From IMG/VR virus record IMGVR_UViG_3300031999_007842, positions 53,708-117,707 of that record: a stretch of 64,000 nt of DNA; one strand, given 5' to 3'. The DNA is from a virus. Its lineage: Duplodnaviria > Heunggongvirae > Uroviricota > Caudoviricetes. The notes under the pieces are model-generated. The model was not told the origin of the DNA, made no database searches, and saw only the letters and a list, made by a program, of their open reading frames with translations. Both the position numbers and the translations under genes were made by a program. How positions within the stretch are numbered: the stretch's first letter is position 1; every line of letters begins with the position of its first letter. Positions 47,621-55,231 of this stretch are shown here, in pieces.

Positions 47621-47626
47621 GTAACA

Positions 47627-47778
47627 CTTCTCGTGGTGTAATAGCAGCATAATTGACTGTAAATAGTAGAGCGAAGGGAATTGACTAACCGATGAAAATA
47701 GCTGAGGGCTATGGACTACCTGTTCGTTCGAATAGCAGTTACCAATCGGACTTGGTGCAAATCCAAGCGGGAAGACCA
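47627..47778 (+). tRNA. tRNA-Tyr(GTA), 78-nt intron at 37/38 (47663..47740), CCA encoded
   Basis: CTTCTCG/CGGGAAG acceptor (one G-U), GTGT-AATAGCA-GCAT D-arm, ATTGA-CUGUAA|, T-arm CTTGG-TGCAAAT-CCAAG, ACCA end. Confidence 0.55.
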
Positions 47779-47784
47779 ATAATA

Positions 47785-47789
47785 GGTGA
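47785..47789 (+). promoter_or_regulatory. GGTGA RBS-like motif
   Basis: 6 nt upstream of ATG 47796. Confidence 0.35.
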
Positions 47790-47795
47790 ATCGTA

Positions 47796-48764
47796 ATGGA
47801 TAAGAAATTGCTCTATCTCAAGTCAGTAAACCATGATGTCATCACTGTCTATATTGCTAAGGGAAGTTCTGTCCAGAAGACATTGAACTTACTGAAAAGA
47901 GAAGAGCCAATCGTACAGAATATTAAATCAAGAGTGACTAGGCAAGCAATCGAGACAGCATTCCAGAAGATCAAAAGCTTCCTAGCTAGTCCTCCTCCTT
48001 CAGAGAATGGATACATCGTTGTAGCTTCAGCCACTGACTTTGCTTGGACAGTAGAGTTCCTAATAGAGGAAGACTTCTATCGTTGTGGTAATGAATTCTA
48101 TTCTACACTTCTTGAAGAGATCCTATTACTCAAACTTTATCCAATAGGGATAATAACAATAGATACTAAGGAAGCCACGTTAGGTCACATAGGTTCCACG
48201 ATCCAGATTCTCAAGTACATGACTTCAGGAATACCAGGGAAGAGTCACAAAGGAGGACAATCTCAACGAAGGTATGAACGTGAAAGAGACATGGCAGTTG
48301 CAGCTTTCTTCAAACGAGTAGGAGATGCTGCTAAACTCTTTGTGGAGAACTATCCCATAGAAGAACTATTGATCTCTGGATGTGGGCAGACAAAGGATGA
48401 CTTCCTAAAGGCAAAGTACTTAGACTACCGCCTCAAAGCGAAGGTCACTGAAGTCATTGATACCCAATACACTGGTGAGCACGGAATCAGGGAAACCCTG
48501 CACAAAGCACTACCCCTTCTACAGAAGAATGCTTATGCAAGGGAGGTCCAGGTCGTTGAAAGGGTGTTTGAAATGCTGGGTAAGAACTTTGAGGCAGTAG
48601 TCTATGGACAAGATGAGATCAAGAGGCAGATTCATTCAATCAAGAAGATTATCAAGATAGAAGAGATCAAGGAAGAATATCAGAAGGAAACAGTTATCTT
48701 GCACTTTCACGGGGAACATTATGAGAAGATTAAGTCCTTGGGAGGAATAGTCGGAACCAAATAA
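47796..48764 (+). CDS. class-I peptide chain release factor, aRF1/eRF1-like, C-terminally truncated (322 aa)
   Basis: domain-1 NIKS motif (IVQNIKSRV) and YxCxxxF (YRCGNEF), domain-2 GGQ motif (HKGGQSQRRYER); by eye about 75 aa of domain-3-like sequence follows before the ORF ends. Confidence 0.7.
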   Translation: MDKKLLYLKSVNHDVITVYIAKGSSVQKTLNLLKREEPIVQNIKSRVTRQAIETAFQKIKSFLASPPPSENGYIVVASATDFAWTVEFLIEEDFYRCGNEFYSTLLEEILLLKLYPIGIITIDTKEATLGHIGSTIQILKYMTSGIPGKSHKGGQSQRRYERERDMAVAAFFKRVGDAAKLFVENYPIEELLISGCGQTKDDFLKAKYLDYRLKAKVTEVIDTQYTGEHGIRETLHKALPLLQKNAYAREVQVVERVFEMLGKNFEAVVYGQDEIKRQIHSIKKIIKIEEIKEEYQKETVILHFHGEHYEKIKSLGGIVGTK

Positions 48765-48925
48765 GGTCTGTCGGTCAGTTGGAACTGATCCCTGCCTGTC
48801 AATCTAAGAGCTCTCAAAAATGAGAGTGGGGTGGTGGACGAGGCGGCCCAGACTGGAAAATCTCCAAACTATACTCTTAGAACAGAACGTAGGGGAAGCG
48901 GGTCCGATTCCCGCACAGACCGCCA
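48765..48925 (+). tRNA. tRNA-Asp(GTC), about 86-nt intron at 37/38 (48802..48887), CCA encoded
   Basis: GGTCTGT/ACAGACC, GTCA-GTTGGAAC-TGAT, CCTGC-CUGUCA|...GTAGG, T-arm GCGGG-TCCGATT-CCCGC, GCCA end; starts 1 nt after aRF1 stop. Confidence 0.55.
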
Positions 48926-49168
48926 TTAAAGTGATTGCATGAATATAAATGCAGAGAATAATTCGTTTGTGCATTTCTGCACTCTTTCTCGGTTACCATA
49001 TATTGATTTCCATGTCCCTGGAAAAGATCGGGAACGCCTCTATCTGAAGATTGAATTAGGACAATTCTGGGGAATAACAATTGGAATTTGGGATATGGAG
49101 CATCATATCAGGAAATGGAAAAGACTAAGATTTTATACTAGATTAAAAGATCTCAAGAAGGAAAGGAA

Positions 49169-49492
49169 ATGGTAAGAATATATCACATGAGAACTAGATG
49201 GGAACCTGCAATATCAGATGGATTAACTTTGCCATGCTATATTTGTAGGGAAATTCCCAAGTTTGATTACAGTGTAGATCATGCTTTCTGGAAGGAGGTA
49301 GTAGAGAAAAAATATCGACTTGGAGTGATTTGTCTTCCTTGCTTAGATAAGTTGGCTACTGCAAAAGGATTGAATCTCTCGAAGCATCTGATTGAAGTTC
49401 AGTTCACAGGTATCAAGAAGACTATTGTCTTAGTTCCTACCAAAGTCTTCGACTACAGCAATTTCAAGAGAAAGAAGCCGGAAGAAAAGTGA
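49169..49492 (+). CDS. hypothetical protein
   Basis: co-directional ORF. Confidence 0.4.
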   Translation: MVRIYHMRTRWEPAISDGLTLPCYICREIPKFDYSVDHAFWKEVVEKKYRLGVICLPCLDKLATAKGLNLSKHLIEVQFTGIKKTIVLVPTKVFDYSNFKRKKPEEK

Positions 49493-49529
49493 AATGAAGA
49501 ATGAATAAACTCTCAAAAGAAGCAGATAT

Positions 49530-50069
49530 TTGGAAACAAAGAAGGAAGAAAAAGGAAAGATCATAATGGTTGATAGAAAAGAAATTGTCCAAAAATATAT
49601 TGATGAATGCCGATCACTTTCTGCTCTTGGAAGAGAATATCATATTTCCCGTTTCAAAGTGAGAGATATTCTCGAGGAAGCTAATATTCCAATAAGGATT
49701 CGGGGATATAGACCAAGAACTTTGAGAATTCCTACTGATGCGCGGAAATTAGCTTACATCGCTGGGATTGTCGATGGAGAAGGAACAATAAGTTATACAC
49801 ATATAAAGAATGGATTCAGAGAGAAGGCTCCCTTCATTGCCATAAAGAATACAGATAAGAATCTAATTGATTGGTTAGTCAAAACTCTAGGAGGAAATGT
49901 GAGCGAAGGAAAGGTCAGGAAAGGTTGGAAGACTCCTTATAGATGGTACAAGTACTCGACGTTGGATGTCTATGATCTTGTGAGTGTCCTGAGACCTTAC
50001 CTAATAATTAAGAAAGAAAATGCAGATCTGGTTCTTAAGATCTGCAAAGAAAGGATGGGAAAGATTTGA
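49530..50069 (+). CDS. LAGLIDADG-family homing endonuclease-like protein with N-terminal HTH
   Basis: LAYIAGIVDGEGTIS = LAG(L/I)(I/V)DG(D/E)G motif. Confidence 0.55.
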   Translation: METKKEEKGKIIMVDRKEIVQKYIDECRSLSALGREYHISRFKVRDILEEANIPIRIRGYRPRTLRIPTDARKLAYIAGIVDGEGTISYTHIKNGFREKAPFIAIKNTDKNLIDWLVKTLGGNVSEGKVRKGWKTPYRWYKYSTLDVYDLVSVLRPYLIIKKENADLVLKICKERMGKI

Positions 50070-51163
50070 ACGCTCTCTCCAAGCATTTAGAAACTTGGTG
50101 GCTATTAAGAATTTCAGATTTCAAAGCAGGAAAAGCTCTTTCACCTATTACCTTGAGAGGTCTTTTCTATCTTATGCGATTGAAGGTAGGACAGAAGAAA
50201 ATGCCTAAGAAAGGAGGATTCTATGCAATCATAAAAAGAATAGAAGCAGAAAAGAAAGTAAATCGAGAAAAGCTTGGACTTGTCTCAGAACCAAAAGTCA
50301 ATATCATTTCTCGATGGGGTGAAGAGCCTCTTCTCAAGGCTGATTTGAACAAACTGAAAGGAGCCTTGGCATTTCTTTACATTGAGAAAAGTACTATAGT
50401 AGAAGCGATAGAACAAGATAAAAGCCTCACAGATAGAGGAATTGTCATAATTAAAGGAATGGGATTTGCTCCTAGGGAAATAAACAGAGTCTTGAAGAAG
50501 GCTCAAGAATTGGGAATTCCTATTTTCACACTCACAGACTTTGATGCATCAGGGATCTTAATAGATTTGAAGATCCAGCAATCTGGAGTCTCTACGACTA
50601 GATTGGGTATAGATCCAGATCTAGTAAAAACACTTGGTCTTAAAGTCTCAGATGTTCGAGAAGCTCTTCCCAGAGGCAAGGGTAAACTTGGCCATTTCAA
50701 ATACCTTCAAACCAATTATCCAAAACTAGCTAAAGGATTTCTAGATATTGGAGTAGGAGGACAGCCATATCGCATAGAGATAGATGGTGTCTTTGCATTG
50801 GCTGGAAAGGACAGGTTCATTGAGGAGATACTCAAACGTGCAGACTTAGCAGTTCCAGTCAAACCTGTCAAGAAGGCTTTGAACTATAAGAAAATACCCA
50901 AGAAGGTGGAAGGGATGAGAAGCACGGTTCATGATCTTGTAGACAATATGTTTACCAAGACTGCCATAGGTGCAGAGCAAGGACTCATAAAGAACAATGA
51001 GTCATTTAACAAGATACGCCTGAGTGAAATAGAGAAGAATATTGAAGACAAGATAGAGAAAAAGGGTGAAGAAGTTCCTACCACTCAAGTCTTGGAAGAG
51101 ACAATCAAAGCATTGCAAAAACTTCTGGCAGAACAAAAAGCCAAGGAGAAGAAGAAACCATGA
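50066..51163 (+). CDS. Spo11/topoisomerase VI subunit A-like protein, stand-alone (mini-A-like)
   Basis: ITLRGLFYLMRL (R-x-hFY catalytic-Tyr motif of the winged helix); Toprim-like IEKSTIVEAIE ... GIVIIKGMGFAPRE ... PIFTLTDFDASGILI (E...DxD...G). Confidence 0.5.
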   Translation: MNALSKHLETWWLLRISDFKAGKALSPITLRGLFYLMRLKVGQKKMPKKGGFYAIIKRIEAEKKVNREKLGLVSEPKVNIISRWGEEPLLKADLNKLKGALAFLYIEKSTIVEAIEQDKSLTDRGIVIIKGMGFAPREINRVLKKAQELGIPIFTLTDFDASGILIDLKIQQSGVSTTRLGIDPDLVKTLGLKVSDVREALPRGKGKLGHFKYLQTNYPKLAKGFLDIGVGGQPYRIEIDGVFALAGKDRFIEEILKRADLAVPVKPVKKALNYKKIPKKVEGMRSTVHDLVDNMFTKTAIGAEQGLIKNNESFNKIRLSEIEKNIEDKIEKKGEEVPTTQVLEETIKALQKLLAEQKAKEKKKP

Positions 51164-51295
51164 AACCGATAAAGATAGATTGCCCTATATGTACCAAGAC
51201 TATACACATCGATCCTGAGATAGATTTAGTTATCTGTCAGAACTGTGGGCAGATGTTTAAGGTCAAGATTGAAATAACATTGGAGCAAACCAAAT

Positions 51296-51535
51296 ATGAG
51301 AAGATACTCTGAGAAAGAAGTGTGGTCAAAGATACTGGGATTTCAAGTAGGAGATTATGTCAGGTTTAGATTCCATGGATCTTTACAGCACTGGTTTTAT
51401 TATGGCAAGATAGTATCAAAAGTCTCAGATAAGCATGTCAAGTTTCTTATTAACTTGGAACATCCTTATTGGTGTGGAGTGCCAGTCTTCAATAATGATG
51501 AGATTCATCTAGCACAGAAGAGGTCCAGGAAATGA
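51296..51535 (+). CDS. W-x-K-I-L-G family (EVWSKILGFQVGDYVRFRFHG)
   Basis: motif. Confidence 0.45.
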   Translation: MRRYSEKEVWSKILGFQVGDYVRFRFHGSLQHWFYYGKIVSKVSDKHVKFLINLEHPYWCGVPVFNNDEIHLAQKRSRK

Positions 51536-51933
51536 AGTTCAACACAAAGAGAAGTTTTGAGATTCATACGTGTATGAAAGAAAGAGTATGCATCTGGTGT
51601 GGTAAAACTATTTTCAAAGGCAGTAGGTATTACTCGAAGCCAGAGTCAAACAAGATGATTGCCAGACTTCTGGAAGAAAAGACTGGCTATGATATCCACA
51701 CTATCAAAGCCCGTACTCATTTCTGGTACTGTGACAGAGTTTCTTGGCCTTTCTGCTCTACCGAATGTATGAGTAGTTTCTCAAGTTATACCTGGGAAAC
51801 TTTGCCATTTAATGTGAGAGGAAGAATGGGAAGCAGGATAGTTGGTATAGTGAATAAGATCCAAGATGTCATAGGAATGATAACTGCACTTGGTGGATCA
51901 AAGGGGAAAGATCATGAAACAAATGAGGCATAG
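51532..51933 (+). CDS. Cys-rich hypothetical protein
   Basis: ATGA overlap. Confidence 0.4.
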   Translation: MKFNTKRSFEIHTCMKERVCIWCGKTIFKGSRYYSKPESNKMIARLLEEKTGYDIHTIKARTHFWYCDRVSWPFCSTECMSSFSSYTWETLPFNVRGRMGSRIVGIVNKIQDVIGMITALGGSKGKDHETNEA

Positions 51934-51983
51934 TTCCATGGAAAGTGAATGTATATATTCCCAGGACACTGTAAAGTAGTTGA

Positions 51984-52289
51984 GTGACTATGAAAGAAGA
52001 AACAACGAAGATGAAAGACGTAGTCTTAGTCTCTAGAAAGACCACATGTATCCCAATTGCAATTCCAGAAAGGACTGTACCATCCTCGAGAGTCTTTGAC
52101 ATTAGGCAATATAGAGAAAAAGACTGGGTACTTATCTTCATGGACAAAGAAACCTATGAATCACTCAAGGCCTTATGTGAAGCACGAGGGCTTGATGTGA
52201 AGAAAGTTGTATATGGCAGTATTATGAAAACAAGAGATCTATTAAGGGAGGAAGAGAAAAAGAATGGTAAAGAGAAATCCGAGCTTTAA
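51984..52289 (+). CDS. hypothetical protein
   Basis: co-directional ORF. Confidence 0.4.
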   Translation: MTMKEETTKMKDVVLVSRKTTCIPIAIPERTVPSSRVFDIRQYREKDWVLIFMDKETYESLKALCEARGLDVKKVVYGSIMKTRDLLREEEKKNGKEKSEL

Positions 52290-53124
52290 AGTTGGATCAG
52301 TTGAAGGAAGAAAATCTTTGAGGGTTAGCGAACTATTTAGATGCCCTAGAGCATTACAATTTGAGTTCCTCTGCTCTCCAAAGGATCCTGAAAAATACGA
52401 GACAGTGCGAGGAAGATGGCTTCATCTGTTATTTGAAGAATACTTAGGAATCGATCCTTCAGTGTACCAGTCTTATTTCCGTAAGAAGATGCTCAAGTAT
52501 GTGGATGTCTCATATTCTGATCCTTACGTAAAGAGGAGACTGGTTGAAGATCTGCTTGAGTATGAAGCCAAGATCAAGACTTTTCTTCTGAATACAAAGC
52601 GTGGCAAAGATATTTCGAAGAATGCTCACAAGTATCAGATAGAAGAGACAATGAGGATTCCGGTAGAAGAACTGGGTTTGAACCTTCCTATACCTATGGA
52701 GATTCAGCAGAAATATTGTCTTTCAGGGAAACCAGACTTTAAGTACAAAAACCAGATAGTAGAGATCAAAGGTCGAAAAGAATTAGCTCCTAATCAGAAA
52801 ATGCAGGCTTTTGCATACTCCTTTATGGCTGATGTCGTAGAACCAGGAATCAAACATGGTAACCTCTATCTGCTATTGGGTGGTAGCAAGGTGAATGTAA
52901 AAAGGAATCCTTTCTATACATGGAGACCATGGAAGAGAAATCCTAACCAAGAACTAGCTGATAGAATCACTGAGCTGATCTGGAACTTTGAGAAGATAGG
53001 AGATAACAAGGAAATGCTAGAAATTAGAAGAAGTGGTGATTGCCAATTCTGTGACTATTGGACTTCATGCATGACTATCAAGAAACCACGAACAGATTGG
53101 AGAGTTATCTACAAGAAGAAATAG
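52264..53124 (+). CDS. Cas4-like / RecB-family PD-(D/E)XK nuclease with 4-Cys cluster
   Basis: N-terminal Cys (CPRALQFEF), GKPDFKYKNQIVEIKGRKE (D...E-x-K), C-terminal CQFCDYWTSC (C-x2-C-x5-C). Confidence 0.6.
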   Translation: MVKRNPSFKVGSVEGRKSLRVSELFRCPRALQFEFLCSPKDPEKYETVRGRWLHLLFEEYLGIDPSVYQSYFRKKMLKYVDVSYSDPYVKRRLVEDLLEYEAKIKTFLLNTKRGKDISKNAHKYQIEETMRIPVEELGLNLPIPMEIQQKYCLSGKPDFKYKNQIVEIKGRKELAPNQKMQAFAYSFMADVVEPGIKHGNLYLLLGGSKVNVKRNPFYTWRPWKRNPNQELADRITELIWNFEKIGDNKEMLEIRRSGDCQFCDYWTSCMTIKKPRTDWRVIYKKK

Positions 53125-53137
53125 GAGGTGCATGTAG

Positions 53138-54106
53138 ATGGAAATGAAGAATAAGACTGTAATAGGTAAGAAGATATTCGCCTATGTTAAAGTCAAGGAC
53201 CTGAAGATTTCCGAATATAATGTTAGGCCAGGAGCCACACCTGAAGAGAAGGAGGAAATCAAGACTGAATTAGCCAAGTCGATAAAAGAGCTAGGACTTC
53301 AACAACTTCCAGTTATCACTCCAGAAGGAGAAGTCTTCATTGGAGGGCGGAGAACTATAGCATTCAAAGAACTTGGAGAGGAATGGATGCTTGCCGAGAT
53401 CAGAAATGCTGCACCCTTTGAACAGATGATTGCTTCTTACACAGAGAACTTCCATAGAAAGAGTCCAGATTATATGAATGAAGGTAGACTTTTCAAAGAG
53501 ATGATCAAGGAAGGAGTTGCAAAAGGAGATATCAAGTTGCAAGGCCATGGTGACAAGGGGCATGGTATACTTGGCAAGAAACTAGGAATTTCCAATGATT
53601 ATGTAGATGCCAGGGTTAGAATCTTTGAAACTCTCAGTTCCGCCGCCGGCGGATCTGGAATAGCCTTTGAACAAGCAAGGATGCTAAGTACCTCAGATAT
53701 ACCAGATGATAAAAGGGCAGAACTTGTAAAGATGGCAAGTGAAGGAATCAAGACCCAAGATCTCAAGAAGATTATAGCAACTACAAATGCTACCAAGGCA
53801 CTACTTGAGGGAGAAACCGAGGAAGTACAGAAACAAGCAGAAAAGGAATTCAAAGACCAACTATATACTAAGGACTTGGACATTACAGCGATTAAATGGA
53901 GACTCGAAGAGATCGCTGGAGATTCCCATTCAACTGGCAAAGGAAGAATCTGGTGGGATGAGCATGGAATCACTTCAACAGAGGAAGCAATAGCGTGGTT
54001 CAAGAAATATGGTGGTCGACATCTTAGAGATCTAAAAGGTTCAGATGGCGAATGGGACAAGACAAAGGAGAAAATGACAAACGGAGGAAAGAATGAGGAT
54101 GACTGA
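53138..54106 (+). CDS. ParB/sulfiredoxin-like nuclease-domain protein
   Basis: LAKSIKELGLQQLPVITPEGEVFIGGRRTIAFKELG matches the ParB N-terminal box (G.RR..A). Confidence 0.55.
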   Translation: MEMKNKTVIGKKIFAYVKVKDLKISEYNVRPGATPEEKEEIKTELAKSIKELGLQQLPVITPEGEVFIGGRRTIAFKELGEEWMLAEIRNAAPFEQMIASYTENFHRKSPDYMNEGRLFKEMIKEGVAKGDIKLQGHGDKGHGILGKKLGISNDYVDARVRIFETLSSAAGGSGIAFEQARMLSTSDIPDDKRAELVKMASEGIKTQDLKKIIATTNATKALLEGETEEVQKQAEKEFKDQLYTKDLDITAIKWRLEEIAGDSHSTGKGRIWWDEHGITSTEEAIAWFKKYGGRHLRDLKGSDGEWDKTKEKMTNGGKNEDD

Positions 54107-54860
54107 CATAAAAATAGGTTGGGAACGGTGGCATCCTAAGAGCCCAGTCAAGTCCATAGAAGAAGAAATAGACGCATTCTACGATCTATATCCTGCGCCC
54201 TACAAGAAATTCAATGATCCAACTACAGTCAAAGGAGATATCATAGAAGACTATCAAAGAAACATACGAGTAAAACTCAACAGATACCGTTGTCCGGTTT
54301 GCAATGTGAACTTCAATCTTTTTGAGGAAGCAAATGATCATGCCAACAGATTCTTGAATGGAACTGACGACCATCCGGCCATGAAACCTGAAGACATAGA
54401 GGAAATAGAATTCCAAGAACATCTAGCAGCGGCTCTAGTCTATTATGAGATAGTACGCCCAGAAGAAATAATTCCATATGTTCCTTCAGTAGAGAAAAGT
54501 TTCCGGAATCCTGGCCTGCTTCCCACAGTTGCACAAAGAGAAATACATGACAAACAAGTTAGGACTTGGAGGAAACAAATGCAAGTAACCGCTGGACAAA
54601 GAAACTTCCACATCGAAATGATGCCTGGTGGAGATATTCAAGAGAAAGGTGCTGGTGGCAAATGGTGGTACTGGTGTCCACAGGAATTTCATAATGATTC
54701 ATGGATTTCTCTATCACCAGAGGAACTGGGAACTATTGGCCAGACAAAACAACAGGTAAGAGTACTATGTATTCTTGCTATCATACCTGCCGACCTGCAA
54801 GTATCGAGATCCTCAATTGAAACTGAGCAAGGAACAGAACCTTCTGAAGATGTATCTTAA
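54093..54860 (+). CDS. hypothetical protein
   Basis: 255-aa ORF. Confidence 0.45.
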   Translation: MRMTDIKIGWERWHPKSPVKSIEEEIDAFYDLYPAPYKKFNDPTTVKGDIIEDYQRNIRVKLNRYRCPVCNVNFNLFEEANDHANRFLNGTDDHPAMKPEDIEEIEFQEHLAAALVYYEIVRPEEIIPYVPSVEKSFRNPGLLPTVAQREIHDKQVRTWRKQMQVTAGQRNFHIEMMPGGDIQEKGAGGKWWYWCPQEFHNDSWISLSPEELGTIGQTKQQVRVLCILAIIPADLQVSRSSIETEQGTEPSEDVS

Positions 54861-54904
54861 TTTCATGAATACGAAGAGAGAAACATCAGGGAGGAAAGAA
54901 CGAA

Positions 54905-55231
54905 ATGAAAAGACGAACTATCAAGTATCATACCTACTATACCATCTGGGAGTATCCTAGAGTTCTAAAACTTGATATGGAATGCGATGATGAAAGAGAA
55001 CTTAGAGAAATGCTGAGGAAAATAGACAGGGCAGAAAAAGCTATATCTACTATGGTCGGCATGGAATGGCTTCATGATGGAGAAGCTGGAATATCCAAAG
55101 AAGCAGGTAAGGAATATCAAAGACTTTCTGATACTTGGCAAGAACTTTATGATCACTACCTTAATCTACGGATTAAAAACAATACTGCTACAGCAATGGA
55201 AATGCACTATTGGTGGGCGAGGAAGTTCTAA
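54905..55231 (+). CDS. hypothetical protein
   Basis: co-directional ORF. Confidence 0.4.
   Translation: MKRRTIKYHTYYTIWEYPRVLKLDMECDDERELREMLRKIDRAEKAISTMVGMEWLHDGEAGISKEAGKEYQRLSDTWQELYDHYLNLRIKNNTATAMEMHYWWARKF

Noticed and set aside
47362-47652. 96-aa plus-strand ORF as a protein-coding gene
   Set aside because: Its 3' end overlaps the 5' exon of tRNA-Tyr (47627-47662). The region is GC-richer, hairpin-rich and ends in an oligo-T tract, so it is more likely noncoding RNA.
45849-48925. Stop-codon reassignment (suppressor tRNA plus release-factor pair, as in recoded phages)
   Set aside because: None of the 11 anticodons reads a stop codon. The ORFs in the window terminate with TAA, TAG and TGA alike, without in-frame stops.
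48877-49080. Minus-strand ORF overlapping tRNA-Asp
   Set aside because: It overlaps the 3' exon of a well-folding tRNA and has no motif support.
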